A DNA stretch of 64,000 nt from Macrostomum lignano (taxonomy: Eukaryota), in the NCBI GenBank assembly GCA_002269645.1, contig NIVC01000083.1, positions 530,101 to 594,100 on the forward strand, written 5' to 3'. The position numbers and the translations under genes were made by a program. The notes beneath the pieces were generated by a model. The model was not told where the DNA came from, searched no databases, and saw nothing but the letters and a program-made list of their open reading frames with translations. Below, in pieces: positions 24,898-37,915 of this stretch; the stretch's first letter is position 1; every line of letters starts with the position of its first letter.

Positions 24898-27800
24898 GTT
24901 TGTATCATAGGATCATCACTCTCTAAATCTTTCGGTTCGTGTTCCCTCGTGTTATTTCTTTTCTTGTACTGTACCTGCGGCTATTGGAGAAAGACTGGTA
25001 GGACTCGCCGACCGGCGATAGGCGATTAGGATCAATAGCTTTAAAATCTCTGACGCTCCAAGTAGGTTTGTCTAGGGCCTAAATAATTGCTCACCGTGCA
25101 TGCTATTTATCTAATTGCCTTTCATTTTATCACACCATCATCACCCCAACAGAGAGGGGGCAGCGAAACAGCATCAAGATGTCTGGCTTCGGCGTGGGAC
25201 CAGCAAGTACATGTGTAGTAGCTGTCATATCCTCGCAAAGATACGGGACGAAGCAACGTAGTCTACAACCGAGGAAGAGCAGAAGAGGCCAGCGCGTCGC
25301 CCTGAAAAACGCCTCAGCTGGTGCCGAACTATTCTCGTGGGGCCGTCCCGCTGTCGACGGGTCAATTGCAGCTGCCTCGATGACGGATGGTGCATGATGG
25401 CAACCTGCTCAGTAGTGGACCTGCTTTGGAGGCTCAGCAGTAGCGGGTTGAGGCCGGAGGCAGTAGGCGGTCGTGCATAATTGCGTTAAGAAGCTTCCAT
25501 GCTGTGCATTCCAGCGCGATGCCCCGCTGGTTGTCCACTGCAGCAGGTGCAGTGCAGGGAGGCACCTTTTTTCGGCAAGGGATCGGAGACAATCTTGGAG
25601 CTGCGCCATACTTGCTGGAACTGAGGTGGCCTCGTTGCCTTCAAGGCTTGCAGTGCTTGTTCAGCAGGCTGGTGATGATTGGGGTGAGCTCGACAGACAG
25701 CTCGAGAACCCTGGAGAGGGATGCGTCCACCCCAGCGGCGGCATCACTGCAACGGAACATCTCTCTGTGGTTCTCAATTAAGTTGAAATTCTATTTTTTT
25801 CGCAGACTCTGAAGTCTATATGCACCTCTGAAAAATTGAATTGGATGTTGAACACTTCCGCACATTCCCCATAATCTGAAATACTGCGTGCCTGCTAATG
25901 ACGTGACACCAATACAAACGTACGTTACTAAGGATTTTATTAAGTTTGAATTTATTAGATTAAGATGTATCATTTCAGTTACTTATTCAAAAAAAGCGCT
26001 TTCAAAAATACTGCTATTGTAATTACGGTTATATATGCTTTGATATACTGGCATAAAATAGTTATTTTTTTTTCTCTTTTAAATTTTTCGTTCGAACTTT
26101 ACTCGCAACTTATCGTAATCAAAGTAATCTCGCAATTAAAGCTAATACCTCGTAATTTGTACTCATTTTTGTATTAATATTTATACTCGTTGTTAGTCGT
26201 CACTTTTCGTCCAAAAAATACCGTAAAAATTCTGGCGCGCTTTCAAATACTTTATCTTTTACAATAACGTTCGTCATGCAATCGTCGTCCAATCGTCTTT
26301 ATAAACCTCTATTTCGAAAAAATTTTCAAATACACAGCTCTATAATATATTGGCCAAACAGGCTAATCGCCTGAGCCAACTTCTTACTACTACTATCATT
26401 TAGAAAACTTAAAAAGGTTTATTCAGAAACTAAATAAACTATATATATATTGTTTTAACTATTTTTCAAGTAAATTCAAAACTTTGAAATTAATGATTTT
26501 AATCGTTTTGCAGCCAGCCATCCAGGGATGGAGTACACTGACTGACTCGGGGTACTGACTGCAGTCAGTGACTGGCATGACTGGTAGTTGGAATATTTCA
26601 CGATCGTTTGTCATAATTAGAGTAACGACAAAAACACAAAAATATTGGCTACGTTAGATTCGCGCTAGGCACACAGCACAGGACACATGTCTACATTTCG
26701 ATGATATCAATCTCAATCAGATTGCCTTAGCCTTAAGTCTACCCTTATTGTTGTTTCTAGGCCCTATTAATCGAAGGACAGTTTGTCAGTGTCAGATAAT
26801 TTTTATGGATCAACAATTCTGGACAGCAATTCTAGGCACTAGGCCTATCTAGTATCTAGATAGATGTTTTTTGCACTTTTAAGTTAAGTTTTTTAGTTGA
26901 ACTCCAAGGTATCATTAGGCCTATCAAAGATAAAATTGAGTTTAGGGCTAGGCCTTCTAGCACTAGTAAAAATTTAGGGCCTTATTGTCAGTTGGCCTAG
27001 CATTATATTTAAAAATAAATATTAGGCCTATGGCCTATGGGCTTATGAATAGCTAGAAACTTTATAGCCTTTACTGTAGCCTAACACTAATATATCCTAT
27101 GATGTGCAATTGTGCAGTAGGCCTAGGGTATAGTTAAGTAGGCCCCTATTATAGGGCCTAGATCTAGCTAAGCACTTATGCCTATAGGTGCAAATGTGTA
27201 GGCATAGATCCAGAAAATTTTTGAGAGGGGGGGGCAAGCAAGGCCTAAGGACTTTAGTGAGATTAAAATAATCACAAAATGGCTTCACAGTTCACTTATT
27301 AAATTTGGTTGAGTTAGAGGCCTACTAAGGAAGTTATTAACATTTTTGTAAAAAAAGTCACTTTTTAGTTTTAAATGGGGAAAAAATTATTATGGAATAT
27401 GATCATTTTTAATAAAAGTTGAGGATTTTTTATAGGAAAAAACTTAGGTGCATTAGGTGAAAAAACATTTAACTTTTTAGTTAAAATGCTAGGCCTAACT
27501 ATTAAGTTTGGTGTCATTTTTTACATTTTTATTCAGCCTGAATATGAATATATTTACATAATAAAAAACAGTTGTTTTCATATAGTATCTTAGCTCTAGA
27601 GTTAGAACCATATGTTAGAAAATAGTAAAAGTATGCAAGTTTTTTAAGTTCTATATCTCAGTTTATACTATTCCTAACTTGAATAGTCTTAAATTGTAGA
27701 AGAAATATAGGCCTAGTTATATAAATATATAGTTACTAAGCTTTGGGCAATGTAAGACTTAGACATCAATATATTTTTATCACTAATTTTATATTTAAGA

Positions 27801-29807
27801 ATGTTCAAACTTTCTTGTATAGTAAGGTTAGGCCTAGTTTTAGTTCTAAGAGTTATCTAGATATAGAATAATTACATGGTATATTTATACTTTAGAATTT
27901 GAAAGCAAATAAAAGCATTTTTTAACTTAACTTATACATTGCCTTCCATTTTTCATTATTAAACTGATTATATAATGAGGCATTTTACACTATAAATATA
28001 ATACATGTTACTCTTGTCTTATACCTGTAACTTTAAGCTCAAATTTCTTATATTTCAAGACTTTCTATTTCATTTGTCTTGTATCTATGAAAAAAGGTCA
28101 CTACATTTTTTGTAACAAAAAATTGACTCACTTAACTAAAATCTAGTCTATGCTTTCTATTAAGTTTATCTTTTGCATGCTTTTATATAGACTAGACCCT
28201 ATATAGGGTCCTATATAGGCTGTAATATATTGCAGCCAAGGTCTAAACTGTGCCAGTGTACCAGACTGCCTGTACTACTAGGAGCCAATCTGCACTAGAC
28301 ACTATCTGCAATAATGGCCATTAGTTGCAATCTTTTGCCCACACTTATGTCTTACAATTCACTTTCATTATGGAATATACTTAGTTTCCATTAAAGAGAT
28401 TATGCCATGAAACCAAAACATAGACTTCATGTCTAAAGATACCAAACCAGAACATATAGACTTCATGTCTCCAATCTAATACCTGCTTTCTATCTGGTTA
28501 GTTTTTCTGCATATTTTAGTTCACAATTAAACTATGTTCAATTTATTTACTTTCATGCTATAATCTTCTACATTTAAATTTGCCATCGATGTGATCATAA
28601 GACAAAAGATAGGCTTTATGTCTGCCTTCTTTAATTCTAAATGGATTTAAAAGATTGTCAGCCATTTTTATAAGAGATCATATAATAAATACCCAACTCT
28701 CATATGGACAATGGTTAGGGATTGTAGGACAAAATAATCATTTTAAATTGCAAAGTCAATCAATGTAATAAACTATTTATTTTCAATTCCCAACTAATCT
28801 TTTGTTTTGTTTTACTTTGAGATATATTTAAAATTGGAAATAAATTTAAATTAGGATGTAAATATAAAAAGGGGGAAATTTTAGGTTTTGTTTAAATATT
28901 TAATGTTTAAGTGCTATATTATAGTTTGTTTCTTTTTTAAAATTGCCACACTATAATATGCTGCTTATCTTCCAGTTCCTTGATTTGCTATTACCTTTGA
29001 TTTGTGTTCTGCATTATTTTTTTTCTAACAGACTGTATCTATGACTATAATATCTAACTTTAGCTGTAACTATTACTAATTTAAGCAGTTGCTATCTATA
29101 AATTGTCAACTAATAGAGTAAGATACTTGCTGCTGCTACTATATTTCTAATGATTTTGTTGACTATAAATTTTTATTTTGAAAAAATGGTTCAGCTACTT
29201 TGAAATAAATCTTAAATTTAGAATCAGCACCTTAAAAGCACTTTTTTTTTAAATTATGGCATTATTAAAATTGTAACCACAATACCACAATATTGTGTTG
29301 ACTTGAATATGTCTGGCCTACCATATAGACAATAGTTAATATGCTTTAAATTTAAAATATACCCATAGGTTTCATTGTTTTGGCTAGAAATTATATATTT
29401 TAATGTATATTTATAACTTTATATATTGAAGTTGAGGTTTAGCCTTTGAAGCACTAAGGCTATGCCTCCTTATAGATAGCTTATTAGGTGATAATCATTA
29501 GAAAAATTGTACAAAAGTTACTGGCTTCAGAGCTAATCTCAAATATTTAAGATTTAAGATTTAGTTTGCAAAACAAAGCAAAAAATATTAAAATATGCAA
29601 AACTGAAACTTGTTAACAGTTCTTATTTCAAGTAGCTTAGTGCTATAATGCTTTTAATCTAGTTAATTTGTATGGAGCTTCTGGCATTAGGTTTGTTCTA
29701 ATAGGTAGCAATAAATTGTGCAAGAAACCTTTAAGCCCAATTGTGCCACTTATGACTCATTATCACACAATTACCACAATTTCTAGTTGGTTTAGCTTCA
29801 TTTTCAA

Positions 29808-30884
29808 ATGAGCGACGAAACTGGCAGTGACTCATCGCTACCGCTGTCGCTATCTGCAATGGACACTAATAATGCTACTAATAGTAATACTACTAGTGCT
29901 GCCGCTGTTGCCGCCGTAGCCGCCGCTGTGGCCGCAGACATTGATGCCGATGATGCCGCAGCCGCTGCTGCAGCCACCGCTGCCGCTTTGCACGCCCTTG
30001 ACGACCACGACGAGCCGCCGAGGCTGATGCAGCAGCGCGGCTATCAACAGCAGCAGCAACAAGACGATGACGAGGATGAACTGTTGGAACTGACCGACTC
30101 CAATCAGATGGCGCTGTCGCTTGACGATCAGGATGAACCGGCTGGCATGGCAACTGGAGAATCAACTAAACAGAAGCAGGGTCAATCTTCATCTGTGCCG
30201 TCTCTAATGGACTTGATTGTGACGCCTAGCGGCGCTCGCAAGCGTATGGGCGTTGGCGGTATTCGGCCTCTGTTATTGCAGCCCGAAACTGTGGACGCCG
30301 CGTCGGCTTATCGACCTGTGGCTAAAAAAGTCTGCGGTATTAATAATCGAGTAATGATGAGAACGGCGGAACATGATGATGGAGAAGTGGGCGCTACTAA
30401 CGCTAGCGTTAGTGATAGGGAGGCCCCGGCCAGTGGCCAGATCCCCTCTCTATTGGAGCTGGACTGCAGCAACCGCGGCACTGGTGGCATCCCGTCACTC
30501 CTGGACGGCTGGTACGACAGCGAAGACGATTGGTCTTATTATCATAACCAGTCTGACGGCTATGGTAATTATTATCAATTCGAAGCGGACTATTACGGCG
30601 GCTACGGCGCTAATTATCAGCAGCCTCAGAGATTCGATTTCAGACAACAGCAGCAGCAGCAGCCGCAGTCTCTACTGTGGGGTATCACGTCTTCTGATTA
30701 CGCCTCTTGGCCCGCTGGCGGACTTCTTGGTTACCCAGTCGGTGGCGGCGGCGGCGTCGGTCGCGGAGGTCGGCGCGGTTGGCGAAATCCTAAGCCAGCT
30801 GCTGAAGCTGAGGGCGGCAATAGCGGCAGCAAGGTGCCATCGCTAATGCCGACTGGACCGCCTAGCCTGCTAGATTTCATGTAA
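29808..30884 (+). CDS. Intronless 358-aa low-complexity protein with repeated PSL(L/M)(D/E) motifs, Tyr/Gly-rich region and RGG box
   Basis: GC-rich ATG-to-TAA ORF in AT-rich surroundings, with composition like the other exons here. No recognisable folded domain. Confidence 0.7.
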   Translation: MSDETGSDSSLPLSLSAMDTNNATNSNTTSAAAVAAVAAAVAADIDADDAAAAAAATAAALHALDDHDEPPRLMQQRGYQQQQQQDDDEDELLELTDSNQMALSLDDQDEPAGMATGESTKQKQGQSSSVPSLMDLIVTPSGARKRMGVGGIRPLLLQPETVDAASAYRPVAKKVCGINNRVMMRTAEHDDGEVGATNASVSDREAPASGQIPSLLELDCSNRGTGGIPSLLDGWYDSEDDWSYYHNQSDGYGNYYQFEADYYGGYGANYQQPQRFDFRQQQQQQPQSLLWGITSSDYASWPAGGLLGYPVGGGGGVGRGGRRGWRNPKPAAEAEGGNSGSKVPSLMPTGPPSLLDFM

Positions 30885-31390
30885 ACCGAATAAGTTCCGG
30901 ATAGTTGCGCGAAAAGAAAGCAGATGGGATTCTGAGCCCCATTTTTTTGCACTTTAAAACAACTCCCATCTACAGTTCCGCCACAGACTCCCCGTTTCCC
31001 CGATTTGACAAACCTGTTTTGTTATTAACTCGCTAATCACCTTGCTAATCCTCACCTGGCTGACTGACTGAGACCCCCGAGTCGCGTGTTCGTCTCCTTT
31101 TCTGCTATTAATATTTATCTATCTATATTTATTCAAAAGCCACCGCCCACTAATTAATTCATAAGCAGCCTCTCTCGTTTCTAGTGTGCCCTCCACTCTC
31201 TATCGGCTGCCCTTTCCGCTCAATCTCTGATGATTTTTGCTGTTTTTTTGTTTTTAAATTGTTCCATTCACGCGCGCTGTAGTTGTGTCTGCTTTGGCTA
31301 ACTGCTGATAGGCAGGTTAAATAAATATTTATACATTCATAGATAGATCTGTTTGTCCAAGGGAGACAGACTAATTTTCAATTATAACTG

Positions 31391-31431
<41 letters not shown>

Positions 31432-31432
31432 G

Positions 31433-31479
<47 letters not shown>

Positions 31480-31505
31480 GTAGATAGACAGATAGATAGA
31501 TAGAC

Positions 31506-31540
<35 letters not shown>

Positions 31541-31541
31541 C

Positions 31542-31615
<74 letters not shown>

Positions 31616-31618
31616 GTA
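31391..31618. repeat. (GATA)n microsatellite
   Basis: Directly visible. Confidence 0.95.
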
Positions 31619-32404
31619 GACGGATAAACAGATAAATCGATAGGACAGATAGCCAGGCAAAAGGCAATACGTGTCTGCTGCATTCATACTTCGCATTATT
31701 TTGCATATTAATATTTGTTTCTTCTTCGTTTTCCTTGTTTGTTTGTTTGTTTGTTGCTATTGTTCTTTTTCACAAACTTTCCTTTCTGCAGCTCCCAACA
31801 TTATAATTGTATGTCTACTTCGCTCCAGTTTTTATGTTAATGCCCGCTCCTTGCTACTATACATAAACGTTAGTAAGTAGTATACTAGATTCCTGGTAAT
31901 CTAAACACCCAGTAGATCTACAGTCGATCCACTGCCAGTCCCTGCCCTGATTTTCTGCTCTCACCGCTTCAACCATTGTATTTGTTATTGTTATAATAGT
32001 ACATATTAATAGTGCATCCTCTTAAAGTACCCCGTGTACTTACTGTGTACTGTTACGGCTTTGCCTCTGCGGTTCCGTGTTCTCAATCGCCCATTATTAT
32101 TATAAATAAGGCTTGTTGCTCCGTCTGCTCCCTATATTATTCAGTTCAATCCCCTTTTATGACTTTGCCGCTAAAAATCTAATTGGTAAAACAGGGCAAC
32201 GTAGGCCCGTCTATTTAACCTAAAATTTATACGAGACTATTCCACATCTTCAATTTGAAAATAAAAACGGTAAAACCCCTATTAAACGATTACTATTATT
32301 ATTATTATTATTGTACTGCGTTTGGTTTTAACTTTTTCTTGTCTGCTTTTTGTCTGCTTTGTTCTTAACTTCTGGTCAAACTTAACTTCTGGTCATCTGT
32401 TACA

Positions 32405-32675
32405 TCGATTGATAGATCAATAGATAGATAGACAGATGCATGGATAGATAGGTAGATAGATAGCTAGCTAGGTAGATAGATACATGAATAGATGCATGGA
32501 TAGATAGATAGATAGATAGGTAGGTAGATAGATAAATAGATAGATAGATAGGTAGGTAGGTAGGTAAGTAGATAGATAAATAGATATATAGATAGATAGA
32601 TAGATAGATAGATAGGTAGGTAGGTAGGTAGATAGGTAGGTAGATAGATAAATAGATAGGTATAAGGCAGATAGA
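32405..32675. repeat. (GATA/GGTA)n microsatellite
   Basis: Directly visible, just upstream of the ZRANB1 start. Confidence 0.95.
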
Positions 32676-32779
32676 CATGTTTCATAGACAGAATAGAAAT
32701 AGCAGGCGTATTATTTGATTAAGCTACTAACAGTAGTTTTCAATTGCAAAGCAACTCCCCCGTAACCCCAACTGATGAC

Positions 32780-35700
32780 ATGACAGAGCGTGAAAAATGG
32801 TCCTGCCCTGTGTGCACCTACGCCAACTGGCCCGCGTCCCGTCACTGCGTCTGCTGCCGCACTAAAAAGTGCTTAGTAGGCGTTTCCAATAGCAACAGCG
32901 GCGGCAACAACAGTCGGGCTCCGACTGCGACGACGAAAACTGCGAATTCAAAAACCAATTCGACAACGTTGTCGACGTCAGCCGCCGAGCAGAGCGAAGC
33001 TGACGGCGAAAATGACGACGATGACAATGAAGAAGACGATGACGGTTGCTATGGCAACCGGACAGGCGACGAGGACGAAGAGGAAGAAGAAGAAGACATC
33101 TACAAACTGGCCGCCGGTCGCAGTCGTCGACGTAGCAGACAGAAACAGCGTCAGAGTCGGCGCCGCATTCTGCCCGACGATGCCGTCATTGCCGATGAAT
33201 CGACGACGACGACGGCTGCGTCGATGTCGAGAACGACGCCGGCGGCAGGCGGGGCTAGAACGTCGCCGCCGATCAGGCCGCCCGGCTCGCCGTCGGAGCT
33301 GAAGTGGTCCTGTCCGGCTTGCACCTTCTTGAACTGGCCGCGGTCCCACCGGTGCGTCCAGTGCTACACCGAGAACTCCAATCCGCCTCCGAGCTCAGCG
33401 TCGCCGCCGCCGGCAGCTCCTCCATCGGCTACGTCGTCTTCGTCGCCGGATCCTTCGGCAGCGTCCCTAGCAACCGGCGTTGCGCCGCCTAATCAAAATC
33501 AGTCTACAAATCCATTTGGCAAATGGGCTTGCAAGATTTGCACGTACGAGAATTGGCCTAACACGGCTAAATGCGCCATGTGCGAGCGGAGACGCTCGGA
33601 GAGTCCGCCTGCCGAGGGCGCCACCGGCGGAGGCGGCGGCGGCGTCGGTGTCGGCGGCAGCTCGTCGGTTATCTGCGGCGGTCGGCAGTCGCCTAATCAC
33701 GATCACGACTTTCTGTGGCTGTGCGCCTGTCTAGCGGCAGTTGACGGCGACTCTGGCCCTGTGGAGGCTTACATCAACGCTCCTGGGGCTTCGATTGCTA
33801 GGAGATTAACTAAAGCCGAGGCTGCTCAGTTGAACCGCTATCGCGGCAATGCTGTCTTTGCGCCTAACATGAGCTTATCATCCTTGTTAGTGAGATACAG
33901 CGCCTCTCAGGAACAGCTCATGTCTCTGCTTGTGCAGGCGGTGCATCTCAGGTTTGTGGATTAAGAATCTATCCTAAACTAGCACACCTGCCAAGAGTCG
34001 ACCCGAAACTAGCACACCTGCCAAGAGTCTACCCTAAACTAGCACACCTGCCAAGAGTCTACCCTAAACTAGCACACCTGCCAAGAGTCTACCCTAAACT
34101 AGCATCTAGGACAAATTATCTACCCTAAACTAGCACATCTACCAAGAATCTACCCTAAACTAGCACATCTACCAAGAATCTACCCTAAACTAGCACATCT
34201 ACCAAGAATCTACCCTAAACTAGCACACCTGCCAAGAGTCTACCCTAAACTAGCACACCTGCCAAGAGTCTACCCTAAACTAGCATCTAGGACAAATTAT
34301 CTACCCTAAACTAGCACATCTACCAAGAATCTACCCTAAACTAGCACATCTACCAAGAATCTACCCTAAACTAGCACATCTACCGAGAATCTACCCTAAA
34401 CTAGCACATCTACCAAGAATCTACCCTAAAACTAGCACACCTACCAAGAATCTACCCTAAACTAGCACATCTACCAAGAATCTACCCTAAACTAGCACAT
34501 CTACCAAGAATCTACCCTAAACTAGCACATCTACCGAGAATCTACCCTAAAACTAGCACACCTACCAAGAGTCTACCCTAAACTAGCACACCTACCAAGA
34601 ATCTACCCTAAACTAGCACACCTACCAGGAATCTACCCTAAACTAGCACACCTGCCAAGAGTCTACCCTAAACTAGCACACCTACCAGGAATCTACCCTA
34701 AACCAGCACACCTACCAGGAATCTACCCTAAACTAGCATCTGGGACAAAGAATCTGCCCTAAACTCTGGAGTAGAGATTATTTCCCACCGGTAAACTGGC
34801 TTATATGAAAGTAAAATCTACTGTAACCTACCTAACTCTATTATACATGTCGGTATATTCTTAAACAAAATTACCCTATCCCACACTACAGGTCGCACAC
34901 GAAGCGCCTACCCTGCCAGGTGTCGCCAGAGACTGCGCTCGACATACGTCGCCACGTTGTTGGCAGCCTGCGTCAACGCAAAGGCCCCCTGCCCTGCTTC
35001 TACGTAAACGATCACAGCCTGTTCTATCTGCCCGCCAGTCTGGGCTATCACGAGCTGCCGCAGCACGTGCAAGATCAGCTAATGAGCGATGTAGTTGATT
35101 CCGCTGTGCAGAAAGGTTCGCTATTAAATATTGGATCTGTATTTTTGATACATATCGGTAGACTGTGTTTCGTTTTTTGTCGTTTTTTTTCCGAGGAAGT
35201 TTAATGTTCATAATTGGTCCTTTGTTTGTTGGTCAATGTAGGTTTGTCGGTTTTGATAGGTTTTAGGTAGGACAGGCTTTAAATTTTGAGAGGATAATAA
35301 GTTATTCATTTTTTTATACATATCGGTGGGATCAATGTAGGATCGGCTTTGAATATTGTGAAGACAATAGTTAATTCTATTTTCGATACATATCGGTAGT
35401 CATTGTAGGATCGGTTTTAAATACCTGTATAGTAAAGTTAATAATCTGTTTTTTCGATACATATCGGTAGGGTCAATATAGGATCGGATTAGACTATTTT
35501 AAAGATAATTTTTTTTTTTCGATACATATCGGTAGGGTCAATGTGGAACCAACCAAATATTGTAAAGATCATATATATATAATTTATTCTATTTTCAATA
35601 CATATCGGCGCCACTATAATTATTGATAACAGAACTGGAATCGGTTGGCGCCGTCAACTGGTGGCCAGCCGACAGCGGCGCCTTTCGAATGTGGGCGCTG

Positions 35701-37016
35701 TGGAACCGGACAGCAGGGGACTGCCTGCTGGACAGCGTCCTGCAAGCCAGCTGGGGCATCCTGGACGAGGACAACAGCATGCGCCGGGCTCTGTCCGAGT
35801 CGCTGCACGACTGCGAGGACGCTTTCTACAGTCGCTGGCGCGACTACGAAGAGCAACAGCTGGCCACCTCGTTGCTCTGCTATTCGTTGAGCGAAGCGCA
35901 ATGGCGTCGCGACTGGGAGGCTTTGCTTCGCCGGGCCAGGTTGCCTGGCGAGTCCCTTGAGCAAATTCACGTATTCGCTCTGTGCCACGTGCTTCGCCGA
36001 CCAATTATTATTTTGGGAGTGAGGATTATCTGCAATTATCGAGACGAGCCCATTGCCTATTCAAACTTTCAGGTTTGTACTCTCTTTTCGATACATATCG
36101 TCGAAGATTCATAGCTTAATTAATAGTATTGTTTCGATACATATCGACGTAGGTTATAAATGACAATAATATTATTTCGATACATATCGGCTTAAGTTTA
36201 TCGATGATTTCAAATGTTGTTTCGATACATATCGGTTTAAGCTTATAGATTAATCAATAATATTTTTTCGGTACATATCGAGAAGGGTTTAAACAAAACC
36301 AAAAACATTCCTCTCAGGGTGTCTACCTGCCGTTGCTATGGGAACGCGCATTCTGCTCCCGGAATCCGTTGTGCCTGGCCTACACTAAGAATCATTTCTC
36401 AGCTTTGATGCCGTTGCAATCGCCGTCGCGTAGGCCGGATATTGTCGGCCTGAGCGGCGGGAACGCCTACGGCCTGTTGCCGTTGTGCGATCGGTACGGC
36501 GTCCGCCTACCTGTGCACTTTCTAGCCGCCGACGAGGCCAATAGGCGAGAGTCTCTCCTAGCCGACTGGCTCGACTGCGTCAGGTGCGGAGTCGGCGGCC
36601 AGCAGCTGATGTGCCGCGTCAGGCTGGGCTGCGGCCGGCCGCACCCGCTGGTGCACCAGCTGCTGTGCCAATGGCTGGATCACTACCGCCTGTCAGCCGC
36701 CGCCGCCGACAATGACAACCTGGACAACAATAACAGCGGTAGCAATAATCATACTGAAGACTTTGTTGATAGTCGCGACGAAGATGAACGAGTGCCGTGC
36801 AACTCGCCGGAGTTGATCTCATCGTCAACTTCGTCGAATTCTTCGACTCGATCATCGTCGTCAACTTCGTTGTACGATCAGCAACAAGAGAAGCTGGCCA
36901 GTGACAATACGGTTGGAAATGCTACTCACGCTACTACCAGTAGTAGTAATGTTGGCATTGAAGAGGCTGAACTCACTTCCAGTGTCGCGGCTCCATCTTC
37001 TGCCGAATTCAAGTAG
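32780..37016 (+). CDS. ZRANB1: TRABID/ZRANB1 OTU deubiquitinase (3 NZF + AnkUBD + OTU), 844 aa
   Basis: Exons 32780-33951, 34892-35115, 35633-36072, 36318-37016 (2535 nt). Three NZF fingers (KWSCPVCTYANW, KWSCPACTFLNW, KWACKICTYENW). AnkUBD-like FLWLCACLAAVDGD. OTU catalytic motifs ALWNRTAGDCLLDSVLQA and AYTKNHFSAL, plus GVYLPLLW and HPLVHQLLCQWLDHYR. Confidence 0.95.
33965..34762. repeat. 30-bp intronic minisatellite (CTACCCTAAACTAGCACACCTGCCAAGAGT)
   Basis: About 26 tandem units filling ZRANB1 intron 1. Confidence 0.95.
35147..36280. repeat. Dispersed palindromic motif TTTCGATACATATCG (11 copies) in ZRANB1 introns 2 and 3
   Basis: Six copies in 35116-35632 and five in 36073-36317, separated by AT-rich, partly related spacers. 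Confidence 0.85.
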
Positions 37017-37224
37017 CGACGAGTTGAACTTTAAATATATTGGACTTTTTTTAAATTGCCAACTGAAAGTAGATTCTGCGAGACTAGCTTTAAAGGTGCG
37101 TGAAGGTTAATCTGGTTACATTCATTTTAGATAAAATACTGGCTTCCATTTAGTTTAGTTTGTAGAGTAGTTTTACATTATTGGACTCGTGCTCATTTTT
37201 ACTGATGCAAATCGTAATACTGCA

Positions 37225-37915
37225 GTTAGCGCCAAATCAAAATCTCTGGAATAGACGCCAAATCAAAAATCTCTGGAATTGGCGCCAAATCAAAATCTCT
37301 GCAATTGGCGCCAAATCACAATCTCTGGAATTGGCGCCAAATCAAAATCTCTGGAATTGACGCCAAATCAAAATCTCTGGGAGTTGGCGCCAAATCAAAA
37401 TCTCTGGAATTGGCACCAAATCACAATCTCTGGAATAGGCGCCAAATCAAAAATCTCTGGAATAGGCGCCAAATCAAAAATCTCTGGAATAGGCGCCAAA
37501 TCAAAAATCTCTGGAATAGGCGCCAAATCAAAATCTCTGGAATTGACGCCAAATCAAAATCTCTGGAGTTGGCGCCAAATCAGAATCTCTGGAATTGGCG
37601 CCAAATCAAAATCTCTGGAATTGGCGCCAAATCAAAATCTCTGGAATTGGCGCCAAATCAAAGTCACTGGAATTGGCGCCAGATCAAAATCTCTGGAATT
37701 GGCACCAAATCAAAATCTCTGGAATTGGCGCCAAATCAAAATCTCTGGAATTGGCGCCAAATCAAAATCTCTGGAATTGAGATTCCAGAGTCACAGAATC
37801 ACTTAATAAGAATCACATAATCACCATAATCACAATCTCTGGAATTGGCGCCAAATCACAATCTCTAGTATTGGTGCTAAATAAAAAAACGCCAGAATTG
37901 GCGCCAAATCAAAGT
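37225..37915. repeat. ~26-bp minisatellite (GGCGCCAAATCAAAATCTCTGGAATT)
   Basis: Tandem array just downstream of the ZRANB1 stop. Confidence 0.95.

Noticed and set aside
25140-25812. GC-rich segment with Cys-containing short ORFs (possible gag or zinc-finger relic)
   Set aside because: All frames are interrupted, and I could not recognise a motif or consistent splice sites.
35116-36317. CRISPR-like palindromic repeat-spacer array
   Set aside because: It lies in eukaryotic introns, the spacers vary widely in length and resemble each other, and there are no cas genes.
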